Assembly (NCBI RefSeq): GCF_006345805.1
Contig: NC_043019.1
Span: 12,957,360-13,021,359, forward strand
Direction of reading: 5' to 3'
From: Octopus sinensis
Taxonomy: Eukaryota
DNA length: 64,000 nucleotides
The notes beneath the pieces are model-generated. The model was not told where the DNA came from. It ran no database searches and saw only the letters and a program-made list of their open reading frames with translations. Both the position numbers and the translations under genes were made by a program. This document shows positions 24,867 through 37,564 of the stretch, piece by piece. Position 1 is the stretch's first letter; each line of letters opens with the position of its first letter.

Positions 24867-25206
24867 TCTTTATATATAAAAGAGAAGTTGTGTGTCTGTC
24901 TCCTACGATTTAGATTCCTAACTACTCCCACATTTTGTGGTGCAGTTTAAGCAAAACCGGGTATCTTATAGTCGTGATTCATATCGAGCCCTTCTGGGTA
25001 TTAGCGCGCGTCTACGATGAGTCTACGATTTAAAAAAAAATTTACCATTATTTTTTTCCATTTTAATACATTTTTTCGCTATTATATAAGGGAAGTAACT
25101 TCCATTTTTAATGCATTTTTTTGCTATTTTTTGGCTATAACTCTCTAAAAATGCTTATATAGTTATTTCCCTTACAAACCCGAGCAACGCCGGGCGATAC
25201 TGCTAG
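24867..25206 (+). mobile_element. Non-autonomous Helitron
   Basis: A|TC start, cccgagcaacgccggg hairpin, CTAG|T end. Confidence 0.8.
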
Positions 25207-25254
25207 TATATATATATATATATATATATACATATATAAACTACCGAGGACAAT

Positions 25255-25560
25255 GAACTCTGGTGTCAATGTCCTCATAACCGACTTTAATTCTCACAAA
25301 TCCCCATGGCTCTTGCATTCTTCCCATTGAAACGGCACTGATGCAGAAGCTGAATCTTCCTGCATTTCTCAACTTTTCACACAAGCAATGTTTCATCTCA
25401 TGCTTGCATCCCAGATTACCCAGACCAATACCCAAAGCACTCCAAAAAATCCTCGGTCCCACTTGTAATTCAATCTCTACCAAAGAGTACCTGATTCTGA
25501 CTACTTAGAGCTTATATATTGCCCATCAGGTTTGGTCCCTCGACAATAATATGCCGCCAC
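25255..25560 (+). mobile_element. Decayed LINE apurinic-endonuclease fragment
   Basis: NVLITDFNSHKSPWL resembles the APE GDFNxH motif; in-frame stops. Confidence 0.4.
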
Positions 25561-25604
25561 TTTGGACAGAGATCAGATGTCAAAGACACAAAGAGTGACT
25601 TGTA

Positions 25605-25930
25605 CAGGGTGGACCAAAATGATCTGACACATTTGGAGGCTTAATAAAAGCACAAAATAAGAAATAATGAAAAGAAAAATTTTATTTTCTGAATGTACAT
25701 AGAATGCCATTTTATTTCATTAAGTTTAAAAAATTAAATCAGCTAAACGCTTCCCATCATTGTCAACACACTGTTGGAGACGTTCATGAAAGTTATCGAT
25801 AACTCTATGGATCATTTCTTCTGGAATGGTAGCTATTTCTACACAAATTGCACGTTTTAAACCATCAATAATTCGAGGGCGATGACTGAATACTTTTGAT
25901 TTCAAATATCCCCGCAAGAAAAAACCACAT
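25605..25930 (-). mobile_element. Tc1/mariner-superfamily 3' remnant
   Basis: GYLKSKVFSHRPR...RLQQCVDNDG transposase C-terminus; TA|CAGGGTGG terminus. Confidence 0.75.
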
Positions 25931-26430
25931 TTCGCCGAGGTCGACTTTGCCTTTCATCCTTTCGGGGTCGATTAGATAAGTACCAGTCTGTCCTTGTTTG
26001 TCCTCTCTCTGTTTAGCCCCTTGTGGGTAGTAAAGAAATAGGTATTTTGTCTGTCTTTACGTTCTGAGTTCAAATTCCACTGAGGTCGACTTTGCCTTTC
26101 ATCCTTTCGGGGTCGATTAAATAAGTACCAGTTACGCACTGGGATCAATGTAATCGACTTAATCCGTTTGTCTGTCCTTGTTTGTCCCTTCTATGTTTAG
26201 CCCCTTGTGGGCAATAAAGAAATAAGAATCATTAGAACGCCGGGCGAAATAGCACTGAGCATTTCGCCCGTCGTTACGTTCTGGGTTCAAATTCTGCCGA
26301 GGTCAACTTTGCCTTTCATCCTTTTGGGGCTCAATAAATTAAGTACCAGTTGTGTACTGGAGTTGGTCTAACTGACTGGCCCCTTCCCCCAAAATTTCTG
26401 GCCTTGTGCTTAGAGTAGAAAAGATTATCC
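25931..26430 (+). mobile_element. Tandem array of about 3 SINE family B units
   Basis: gaggtcgactttgcctttcatcc recurs at about 25937, 26083 and 26299. Confidence 0.8.
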
Positions 26431-26499
26431 AGCCCACTATTGCCCCATTTGTTTCATTTACAATATCTCAAAAGATAAACCATTAACAACTTTCTCTGA

Positions 26500-26930
26500 C
26501 ATACCTCCCTCTCTCTCACTCCCCTTCTCTCTTCTCCTCTCTCCTCTCTCTCTCTCTTCTTCCCTCTCCCCTCTCTCACTCCCTCCGCTCTCTTCTTTCC
26601 TCTCCCCTCTCCCACTCCCCTCCTCTCTTCTTCCCTCTCCCCTCTCTCTTCTTTCCTCTCCCCTCTCTCTTCTTTCCTCTCCCCTCCTCTCTCTTCTCTT
26701 CTCTCTCCTCTCTCTCTTCTTCCCTCTCCCCTCTCTTACCTCTCCCCTCTCACTCCCTCCTCTCTCTTCTTCCCTCTCCCCTCTCTCACTCCCTCCTCTC
26801 TCTTCTTCCCTCTCCCCTCTCTCCCTCCCTCCTCTCTCTTCTTCCCTCTCCCTTCTCTCACTCCCCTCTCTCTCTTCCTCTCTCTTCTTCCCTCTCCCTG
26901 TTACTCCTCCCTCTTTCTCTGCCATCACCT
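26500..26930. repeat. CT-rich low-complexity tract
   Basis: Direct reading. Confidence 0.9.
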
Positions 26931-27785
26931 CTTCTTTATCTCTTTACTCTCATACTCCTTCTCTTCACATTACACCTTTTCTGCCACCCACCCCCCCCCC
27001 CACCATCTTCTTCCCTAACCTTCAAATAAAATTCAATTAAACACACATTGGACAATAAGTCTAAATTAGATTCTCTTTACACTATTCATTCACCCCCCAA
27101 GAATTTCTCTCTTCTGCCATTGCAGACAGTCTCAGACATTGTCTAAATTTTTGGTACTAGGCTGTCTTCAGGCAGCAAACGATAAGGTTTCCTTTGAAGA
27201 ATTCCATTGTGCTGTCTTGTTTGTCTGTTGTTGAACAAAGAACAGGAAACTTAAAGAAGCTTTGAATCACCATAAATGGCATTTCATTGGTAACTTCAGC
27301 AAATGTACAATTTCTAGTTGATAAGTAAAAGTACAGGTTCTCTCTCTGCTCTGCTCTGCTTTGTCTTATCAAGGAATGCGTGTGTGTGTGTATGTGTGTG
27401 TGTACGTGTATATATATATATGTGTGTGTATATATATATATATATATACAAGAAAAAAGCAACAAGAATCTAATCCATTCTTGTTTATAATCACCCCACA
27501 TTATTTTATGGTTAATACCATATAGATTTCTGGTGCATCTAAGTTAAGTACCGCATTCATGTGATTCAATAGAACTCACTTGAATCTTAATTGCTTTTAC
27601 TATATATATATATATATATAGAATATAGTATATATATATATATATATAATATATATATATATAATAATATATATTATTTATACACACACATACCAGCCCG
27701 AGGATGATCCGGTTCTTGACTGAAGATTAGAGGCTTCGAATGACCCGTCTATTTGAGTGTTTTGCGTTCTTGTTCCATTTTGTAT

Positions 27786-28115
27786 TTTTATTCTCTTTAA
27801 GTGAACATTTTTCTGGTTGAAATACACCGAAAAATGGCGACACAAGAGTCAAAAAATCATAAGAAATAGGGATTTTCATAGAAAAAAATCACCTTTTTGA
27901 TGTAAATAATTTTCAGTCCTAACATGGTCTGATTTGAATTATTTTGGCGATCTTAACATCGCCATTTTTTCTTCTACGGAAGGAAGAGCAAGCCTTCTTC
28001 TATCATACTCTCAATTTTGGTCAACTTGTGCCGCAGTGTCTCGGAGGAGATAGTGTTAGTTGAAGGCTACCAAACCTGCCATAAACAAACAAATTCAGCT
28101 TTATATATAGAGAGA
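27786..28115 (-). mobile_element. Non-autonomous Helitron, 3'-truncated
   Basis: Near-identical to the internal sequence of 20999-21385; A|TC end. Confidence 0.7.
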
Positions 28116-29150
28116 TTTTAAAATTTTTTACTTGTTTCAATCATTAGGCCGCGGCCATGAAGAGAACTTGCCGTTTCCTTGACAGTATGAACACACACAC
28201 ACACATACATACACACACACACATACATACATACACACACACACAAACACAAACACATACATACATACATATACGCATGCACTCTCATAATACACACATA
28301 ACGTACTTAGATATAAACACATACATGCTCTGGTACACACACATTGTCATACACATACGTATACACTCACACATTACTATACATAATATACACACATACA
28401 TACACACGCGCGCACGTACACACCTTTATTACCCTCAGATCCTCTGTCCCTAACTAAATACACCATTGAACTTTGTCAATTCAAGGCCACCCTATTCTTT
28501 ATTTAGGCTATTTATCACTGTTATTATACTAACACGAAATTTATGACTGATAAAATATGTCGTCTGTTTCAAAGAGAATTCGTAAAGGGAGGACATTTAG
28601 TTTGTTTAATCCGAACAGTTAAGCTTGTTTATTCTACTAACTGGAATAAATCACTGAAGTTAATTACTCAGAGACGTCGTCGTCTTCTTGGGAAACAGTA
28701 AAGTTTTAATGTTAACATATTTAACGGAGGCAAAGGGGGGGGGGGCTATGGTTTCGCCATCGTCGCCTTCTTCAAATTTTCTTTTCCTTCAATCCTTCTT
28801 CGTCGTTTTTCTTTTTCTTTTTCCTTATCTTCTTGTCTCCCCCTTCTCCTCATCATCCACCGTTTTTCTCTCCTGTTTTTCTCTTCCTCACCCGATCCTC
28901 ATTCTTACCCTCTTTATTCGCCTCCTCCTCCTCCTCCCCCATTTTCCCTCGTTCCCACCTTATTCCTTTGCCTCCTCCTTTCCGCCCCATCTTATTCCGT
29001 TCCCACCTTATTCCTTGCCTCCTCCTCTTCCTCTCCTTCCTCTACCCCTCATCTCATCCTCCCCTTTTCCTCTCCCGTTTCATTATCCTTCTTTTCCCCC
29101 TCCCTCACCGTTGCTTTCTTTTTCCATACTGGCTTCAGCTGTAGAAGATA

Positions 29151-29521
29151 TCTCTCTATATATAAGCGGCAGTTTGTCTGTGTGTGTTTCTGTGTGTCTG
29201 TTAGGTTGTACCCTCACCCTGACCACCGCTTTCAACCGATTCTGATGAAACTTGACACACACATAGCCCAATGACATAATTCAAAACTAACGCAGCGAAA
29301 ATTTTGAAAAGTTCCCCCAGTTCTGAAAAAAATCGATAAATTCGACATGGGGTCGAGAATCAGAAACACAAACCACAGACTGTCTAGGGGACGCAACTCG
29401 ACCTTTTTAACTAAAAAAAATTTTACCATCATTTTTTCCCCATTTTTTGGCTATAACTCTCTAAAAATGCTTTATAGTTATTTCCCTTACAAACCCGAGC
29501 AACGCCGGGCGATACTGCTAG
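29151..29521 (+). mobile_element. Non-autonomous Helitron
   Basis: A|TCTCTCTATATATAA start; same 3' end as 24867; CTAG|T. Confidence 0.8.
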
Positions 29522-29836
29522 TCTTGAATATATTTCCTTACTACCCACAAGGGGCTAAACACGGAGGGGACAACCAAGGACAGACAAAGGGATTAAGTCG
29601 ATTATGTCGACCCCAGTGCGTAACTGGTACTTAATTTATCGACCCCGAAAGGATGAAAGGCAAAGAATGCCCGGAAAGCAACGGGGGTGGAGAAAAGCCA
29701 TCGGAAAATTCACAAGATCCGATGTTTTTCCCTCATAACTTTTAGGAAAATGTTTTTTTTTAATATGAAATTTTATATAAATACCTTTGTAACGGTACGA
29801 TTATAAAGAAATTTGTGGGGAAAATCTACTATATAT

Positions 29837-30259
29837 GGCGATCTTTCGTCTCTAGTAGACCTTTCCGTCGATTTCCGTAAAAATTTTTTTTTTTTACATA
29901 TGGGCTTGCGGGAACTTTTGAAGTAATATACATACATATACACATACACCGAGTAAAAAATTTCCGTTATCTCTTTCTTTTACACATTACTCTGTCTCTT
30001 CACACACACTAACAGAAGCACTTCACTTATACAACATACTGTCTGTCTCCAACACCCCATCAAATACACACATACACACATGTACATCAATGCTTGCCAT
30101 GCACGGTAACTTCAAAAGAACTTCCCTCGTCATACAATCGCTTTCTCTTAGTCTCTTTCGCTCTCATTACTTGAAAAGTTCCCGCAAGCCCATATGTAAA
30201 AAAAAAAAAAATTATTTACGGAAATCGACGGAAAGGTCTACTAGAGACGAAAGATTGCC
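29837..30259. mobile_element. Merlin-type MITE family M2
   Basis: GGCGATC TIR; 8-bp TSD CTATATAT. Confidence 0.85.
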
Positions 30260-30764
30260 CTATATATATTTTTTTCCACGTATTTCGCCAAAAAAATTTC
30301 TGAAGAAAGTGAAAAATAAAGAAACTGGGAGTGGGTTGGGGAATTAAATTTTGAGATGCCATTTTTTTTTTATAGATTCAGAATCGCCGTGGCCGAAAAT
30401 ATGGGTTTCTGTTTAAAAAAACACAAACAAAAACGAAAGGTGGGGGTAACAGTGACGGTTCGTCATGTCCGCCTATAATCGTAGTCTACACCATCTGAAA
30501 GATATTTGTAGAAAATTTCATTGACAAGTATCCATTTTTCTGAAAGTTGTGAGGAAACAAAGTCAGGTGGTGATGGGGAAACCTCTGTAGGTATGCCATG
30601 AGGAAAACCTAACAAGAAGAAGCTTTAGTGTTGTGATTGCTGCTGTGGTTATTATTGTTGCTGAATCTCAGATCAGGAATGATTAAACAAATTCGTGGTC
30701 AATGGCTCGCTATTTAAATTTTCTTTTTCTTTTAATACATAACCATATCAATGTTTCCTTTCTT

Positions 30765-31974
30765 GGATCTTTTCGGTTTGAACGGCAGTTTTTTTCTAGC
30801 AGTGTCATATGAAATTGTCACCCATAATTATGACCCTAGTATCGATCTATTGCATTTCAATCTATTTTAGGGTTAGAGTTAGGGTTAGTTAAGGTTAGGG
30901 GTGGAGTTGGGGGGGGAGGGTATCTTTTTTTTCTTCACAAATGTAAATAAACCCAATCTGTTTCTTAAACGAGGGACATTTTCATACAGCGCAGAATGTT
31001 TTCACCTCAATAGACGTCAGTGATTGGTTGAAATTGCAGAAACTGAAGAAAAAAAACAACAACAAATATCTTACAAACTATAGAATTTTCTCAATAAAGC
31101 CAAGAGAAAAAGAGGCACTGTCATGCCAGAAATTTACTTCAGACCCATCTCATCGAATTCATGTGGCGCTATGAATTTAAGGATGATATATTCGGGAAGT
31201 TGATAGAACAAATTCGACAGCTATATCCATGTATTTGAGCATAAGTATCAAGACAGAATGAGTATCGCATTTATTTTTAAACTTAACTTCAAGTTTATAT
31301 TTGATAATCTCACCGTTGAAAATGATATTTGAAAATAATTTGCGTTTATAATTTGATATATTTGATTTTTACATTCTAAATTCATTTTTCGAAAACTTCA
31401 TGTAAAAAATAAGAGAAATGCTATTGATATTTAAAATGTATGAATTTTTTTCTGAAAAATGTACACACGTACACATTTTATATCTATTATATGTGTGTGT
31501 GTGTATCTATCTATCTATCTATCTGTATGTATGTATATAATGTATAGTGGTTAAGAAAAAAGACCGATAGAATAAGTTCTGGGGTCGATTTGTGCGACTA
31601 AAGGCGGTAAAAATACATGTATATATTATATATATGTATGTATTAAATATATATATATATGTATATATACATGTATATTATATATATGTGTGTATGTATG
31701 TATATATATATACATACATACATACATACAAGCTTTTACTTGCATTTCAGTGGTACGTAAATAAACGGCGTAAATAAATACAACGAAAGACGACGTAAAA
31801 CACACGAAGTTGACGTCTGACGTCAGATTTCTCTACTTTCACTTCTGACACCCAAAGGCATGACAGTGCCGAAAAAGATGTTTTATAAACACATTCTGCC
31901 AGTATACGAAGTTTAAAAGTGTTTAGTTTCGTGGAAATTATATTAAAAAACTGCCGTTCAAACCGAAAAGATCC
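30765..31974. mobile_element. Merlin-type MITE family M1 hosting a nested element
   Basis: GGATC TIRs; 8-bp TSD CCTTTCTT. Confidence 0.85.
31114..31870 (+). mobile_element. Merlin deletion derivative (M3) with a transposase C-terminal remnant
   Basis: 14-bp TIR GGCACTGTCATGCC; TSD GAAAAAGA; LQTHLIEFMWRYEFKDDIFGKLIEQIRQLYPCI* resembles the IS1595/Merlin transposase end. Confidence 0.8.
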
Positions 31975-32249
31975 CCTTTCTTTTTGGAAGATGGTTGGGG
32001 GTTCAAATTGAGGGAAAGTTGGTTGCTATTTCTGTCTAGCATATCAAGCGACCTCGGTTATTGTCTTAAAGTGTTGTGTGGTAAAAAGTGTACTGGTTGT
32101 GTTGCTAACTGGACTCTCTTGATAGGATTACATTTATCCGGAAGGATTACGTATATATTTGCCGGAAGGATTACATAACTGAAAACATTTCCTATTTACA
32201 TTCTAGTTCTCTCTCTCTCCTCTTATTTACTTTTTCTGTCTCCCACTAT

Positions 32250-32259
32250 CTATCTATCT

Positions 32260-32324
<65 letters not shown>

Positions 32325-32574
32325 TTTTCCTCTTCCCCTTTTTTCTTCTTTTTTTATATTTCTCTTTTCTTTTGTTCCTTTTCCTTTTTTTCTTTTTTTT
32401 CTTCTTTTTTCCCTTTTACGATCCCTTTTGATCGAAAATTACGCCACCTTTTTTTGTTTCTTTTGTTTTTTTTCATCCCCCAAAAGAAAAGCTCTACCTT
32501 GTAACTTGTCCCATCTGTGTGCAGCCCTGTGTGGCCAATAAAGAAATTTATCTATCTATCTATCTGCCTGTCTG

Positions 32575-32614
<40 letters not shown>

Positions 32615-32750
32615 CCTACCTACCTACCTACCTACCTACCTACCTACCTACCTACCTATCTATCTATCTATCTATCTACCTACCTACCTATCTATCTATC
32701 ATCTATCTATCTATCTATCTATCTACCTACCTACCTACCTACCTACCTAC

Positions 32751-32789
<39 letters not shown>

Positions 32790-32834
32790 CCTACCTACCT
32801 ACCTACCTACCTACCTACCTACCTACCTACCTAC

Positions 32835-32869
<35 letters not shown>

Positions 32870-33000
32870 CCTACCTACCTACCTACCTACCTACCTACCT
32901 ACCTACCTACCTACCTATCTATCTATCTATCTATCTACCTATCTACTACCTACCTACCTATCTATCTATCATCTATCTATCTATCTATCTATCTATCTGT
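32250..33000. repeat. (TATC)n/(TACC)n compound microsatellite
   Basis: Direct reading. Confidence 0.95.
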
Positions 33001-33713
33001 CTCACCTCTCTTACCCTTTCATTCTCTTTTCTCTTCCCCTCTCTTTCTCTTCTATTCTCCCTCCCTCTCTCCCCCCTCTCTCCCCCTCTCTCTCTCACAT
33101 TTAAATATTGCGATGCTATTTGCCATGAGGATTACGACGATGGAATGATTTATACTTTACCACTCAATTTTTTCCTCCTCTCCCCTTTTCTCTTGTCTGT
33201 CTGTCTCTCTCCCTCTCTCTCTTTCTCCCCCTCTCTCTCTTTCTCCCCCTCTCTCTCCCACTCCCCCTCTCTCTCTATATATATATATATCTGCCTACTT
33301 TTCTCTTATGTTTTTATAATACAAGATGACATAATATTTGCCCGAGAGATTATATCACTGAAAAGATTTATATTACTTCCCCCTCTCACTCTCCCACTCG
33401 CCTTCTTTCCCATACCTTTTCTCTATCACTCCCTTTCTCTCTGCACCTTCTCCCCTTCTTTCTCTTACACGTTCTCCTTCTCTCCCCTTCACTCATACTT
33501 TCCCTTATCTTCTTCACCTCCCTTTCCCCACTTCTTGCCTTCATATTTTTTTCACCTGGGTTTCTCACGTGTCTCGTAAATATTGTCAAATAAATGCCTT
33601 AAGGTAAGGAGCCAGGGTTGCCAAATGGGGGTAAACTCAACAACCTGGCTTCTCTGGTTAACATACCGTCGTAAAAAAAGAAAAAAAGGTGAAAGTAAAT
33701 TGTCCTAGACATT

Positions 33714-34130
33714 TTACTCTCTTTTACTCTTTTACTTGTTTCAGTCATTCGACTGCGGCCATGCTGGAGCACCGCCTTTAGTCGAGCAACTCGACCCCGG
33801 GACTTATTCTTTCGTAAGCCCAGTACTTATTCTATCGGTCTCTTTTGCCGAACCGCTAAGTGACGGGGACGTAAACACACCAGCATCGGTTGTCAAGCAA
33901 TGCTAGGGGGACAAACACAGACACCAAAACACACACACATACATATATATATATACATATATACGACAGGCTTCTTCATTCTTTCAGTTCCGTCTACCAA
34001 ATCCACTCACAAGGCATTGGTCGGCCCGGGGCTATAGCAGAAGACACTTGCCCAAGATGCCACGCAGTGGGACTGAACCTGGAACCATGTGGTTGGTTAG
34101 CAAGCTACTTACCACTCAGCCACTCCTGCG
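33714..34130 (-). mobile_element. SINE family A
   Basis: Full reverse copy. Confidence 0.85.
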
Positions 34131-34436
34131 ATCGATTTTTTTAATGGCTTTCTGGGGTGACTGGAGAAATGAAAAGATCTTCACGACCACCCTCAAACAG
34201 TTTTGAAAGCCTATAGAAAATGCGAGCCTTTTACGTGAAAAACTGGATTTGTATAAAGGACACACAGATACACAGACATTTTGCCATTTATAGATATAGA
34301 TATAATTGCCATTGATGCACAAAATGAAATTTGTAAATAGTTTTTCACAATCTTGAAAAACTCTTTAAGGCAGTGCTCCAGAATGGTCGTAGTCACATGA
34401 CTGAAACAAGTGAAAGAATAAAAGAATATTTCAACA

Positions 34437-34829
34437 GGCGCAGGAGTGGCTGTGTGGTAAGTAGCTTGCTTACCGACCACATGGTTCCGGGTTCAGTCCC
34501 ACTGCGTGGCACCTTGGGCAAGTGTCTTCTGCTATAGCCTCGGGCCGACCAAAGCCTTGTGAGTGGATTTGGTAGCCGGAAACTGAAAGAAGCCTGTCGT
34601 ATATATATGTAGTGTGTGTATATGTTTGTGTGTCTGTGTTTTTGTCCCCTAGCATTGCTTGACAACCGATGTTGGTATGTTTATGTCCCCATCACTTAGC
34701 AGTTCGGCAAAAGAGACCAATAGGATAAGTACTGGGCTTACAAAGAATAAGTCCCGGGGTCGAGTTGCGCGAGTAAAGGCGGTGCTCCAGCATGGCCACA
34801 GTCAAATGACTGAAACAAGTGAAAGAGTA
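34437..34829 (+). mobile_element. SINE family A
   Basis: Full forward copy. Confidence 0.85.
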
Positions 34830-34892
34830 TTGTAATGAAAGGGTTAAGAAGATGGAATAGAAGAGGGCTTCTTTCAGTTTTCTACAGCAGAT

Positions 34893-35270
34893 TCATCATC
34901 ATCATCATCATTGTTTAACGTCCGTTCTTTCCTGCTAGCATGGGTTGGACGGTTCGACCGGGGATCTGGGAAGCCAGAAGGCTGCACCAGACTCCAGTCT
35001 TATCTGGCAATGTTTCTACAGCTGGATGCCCTTCCTAACGCCAACCACTCCGTGAGTGTAGTGGGTGCTTTTTACGTGCCACCTGCACAGGTGCCAGGCG
35101 AGGCTGGCAACGGCCACGGTCGGATTGGTGTATTTTATGTGCCACCGGCACGGAAGCCAGTCGAGGCCGCGCTGGCATCGGCCACGAGTCGGATAGTGCT
35201 TTTTACGTACCACCAGACGAGGGATCCTGGCTGGTTCAATTCGATTTCGATTTCGCTTTCGCTTGCCCCA
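34893..35270 (-). mobile_element. SINE-like family D
   Basis: (CAT)n then gtttaacgtccg reverse tail. Confidence 0.75.
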
Positions 35271-35529
35271 ACATGCTGTTTAAAAATGTCAGTGTTACAA
35301 TAAATTACACCCACCTAAGGTGTGGGTAAAGGGATGGACTCTGACCTAGGGGCTACAGTAGAGGAAGACACTTGCCAAAGGTGCCATGCTGTGGGACTGA
35401 ACCCAAGACCACCTGGTTGAGGAGCAAGCTTCTCATCCACATAGTTATGTCGGTGACTTTTGAGCATGAAAAATTTATCTGAAAGTCATGGGTCCTGTTC
35501 TGTTGGGATTTTTCTTGTACTTAAAAAAC

Positions 35530-35878
35530 ATATCCATGCCAGCGCCGCCCCGACTGGCTTCTGTGCCGGTGGCACATAAAAAGCACCATCCGAACATGGC
35601 CGTTGCCAGCGCCGCCTTGGCTGGCTTCCGTGCCGGTGGCACGTTAAAAGCTCCAACCGATCGTGGCCGATGCCGGACCCCCCCTGGCACCTGTGTAGGT
35701 GGCACGTAAAAAGCATCCACTACACTCGCGGAGTGGTTGGCTTTAGGAAGGGCATCCAGCTGTAGAAACTCTGCCAGATCAGACTGGAGCCTGGTGCAGC
35801 CCCTGGCTTCCCAGACCCCGGTCCAACCGTCCAACCCGTGCTAGTGCGGAAAACGGACGTTAAACGATGATGATGATG
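35530..35878 (+). mobile_element. SINE-like family D
   Basis: Tandem units plus (GAT)n tail. Confidence 0.75.
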
Positions 35879-35975
35879 ACTGGTGAAAGCTGAAGAAATT
35901 TCCCCTAAGATATTGTTATGAATTTATTGTTGTTAATTTTAATTACTCTTTTTTCTTTCCTCTTCCTCTCCCCAG

Positions 35976-36037
35976 TTGACAGTTTGGTTTTGGAGCCTTG
36001 TGACTTTTGTGGCCGCAAGTTTAACGTAAAAGTAATT
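35976..36037 (+). CDS. ZC2HC1A: ZC2HC1A-like exon 2 ((V)DSLVLEPCDFCGRKFNVKVI), first half of C2HC finger 1
   Basis: Polypyrimidine tract + CAG acceptor, GTAAGT donor; CxxCGRxF matches human LLPCKICGRTF. Confidence 0.92.
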
Positions 36038-36074
36038 GTAAGTATAAGGCGATTTAAATTTTACTACTGATGAG

Positions 36075-36886
36075 GGTACCACATAAAAAGTAATTGTGAT
36101 GGTACCACATAAAAAGTAATTGTGATGGTACCACATAAAAAGTAATGGTGATGGTACCACATAAAAAGTAATTGTGATGGTACCACATAAAAGTAATTGT
36201 GATGGTACCACATAAAAAGTAATTGTGATGGTACCACATAAAAAGTAATGGTGATGGTACCACATAAAAAGCACTGGTGATGGTACCACATAAAAGTAAT
36301 GGTGATGGTACCACATAAAAGCACTGGTGATGGTACCACATAAAAAGTAATTGTGATGGTACCACATAAAAAGTAATTGTGATGGTACCACATAAAAAGT
36401 AATTGTGATGATACCACATAAAAAGTAATTGTGATGGTACCACATAAAAAGTAATTGTGATGGTACCACATAAAAAGTAATTGCGATGGTACCACATAAA
36501 AAGTAATAGTGATGGTACCACATAAAAAGTAATTGTGATGGTACCACATAAAAAGTAATTGTGATGGTACCACATAAAAAGTAATTGCGATGGTACCACA
36601 TAAAAAGTAATAGTGATGGTACCACATAAAAAGTAATTGTGATGGTACCACATAAAAAGTAATAGTGATGGTACCACATAAAAAGTAATTGTGATGGTAC
36701 CACGTAAAAAGTAATTGTGATGGTACCACATAAAAGTAATTGTGATGGTACCACATAAAAGTAATTGTGATGGTACCACATAAAAGTAATTGTGATGGTA
36801 CCACATAAAAGTAATTGTGATGGTACCACATAAAAAGTAATTGTGATGGTACCACATAAAAAGCACTGGTGATGGTGCCATGTAAA
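36075..36886. repeat. 25-26-bp minisatellite, about 31 copies
   Basis: Unit ggtaccacataaaaagtaattgtgat. Confidence 0.97.
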
Positions 36887-36934
36887 ACGTACCCAGTACA
36901 CTATGTAAAGTGGTTGGTGTAAAGTGGTTGACTG

Positions 36935-37293
36935 CAGCCACCGCCTTTAATCGAGCAACTCGACCCCGGGACTTATTCTTTTGTAAGCCCAGTACTTATT
37001 CTATCGGTCTCTTTTGCCGAACCGCTAAGTAACGGGCACATAAACACACCAGCATCGGTTGTCAAGCAATGCTCGGGGGACAAACACAGACACACAAACA
37101 CACACACGCATATATATATATACATATATACGACGGGCTTCTTTCAGTTTCCATCTACCAAATCCACTCACAAGGCTTTGGTCGGCCCGAGGCTATAGTA
37201 GAAGACACTTGCCCAAGGTGCCACGCAGTGGGACTGAACCCGGAACCATGTGGTTAGTAAACAAGCTACTTGCCACACAACCACTCCTGCGCC
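36935..37293 (-). mobile_element. SINE family A (tail truncated)
   Basis: Reverse copy. Confidence 0.8.
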
Positions 37294-37564
37294 TAGAATG
37301 CTGGGAAATTTTTTGATACATTTAAAAATAAATTAAAAAGTGTATCTTATGTGATGGCAATTACAATAATTAAAATTTCAGGGTTGTCTTCTCTGCTTTT
37401 TTTTTTTATTTTGATTTTAATTTATTTTAATTAACCCTTTGTTCTCTTCAATAAATGTGTAATTTAGATTTAATTAAGATTTTTTGGCTCACTGCATCCA
37501 GTATGTTAGAGTCAGTTTTGATATTAAGCAAATGAAAAAATATGTCAACTTAATTTCATTTCAG

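Noticed and set aside
27090-27320. Exon-like minus-strand segment suggesting a nested gene
   Set aside because: No recognisable homology or partner exons.
30512-30590. Candidate extra exon ending gtag|GTATGC in phase 1
   Set aside because: No in-frame ATG and no phase-1 acceptor; it could only be an alternative non-coding exon, which is unsupported.
32517-33148. 195-209-aa YLSI/YLPT ORFs
   Set aside because: Tetranucleotide microsatellite.
36075-36886. Possible CRISPR array (also 2590-3039)
   Set aside because: Contiguous tandem units without unique spacers, eukaryotic context, no cas genes.
35939-36941. 263-320-aa minus-strand ORFs
   Set aside because: Translation of the 26-bp minisatellite.
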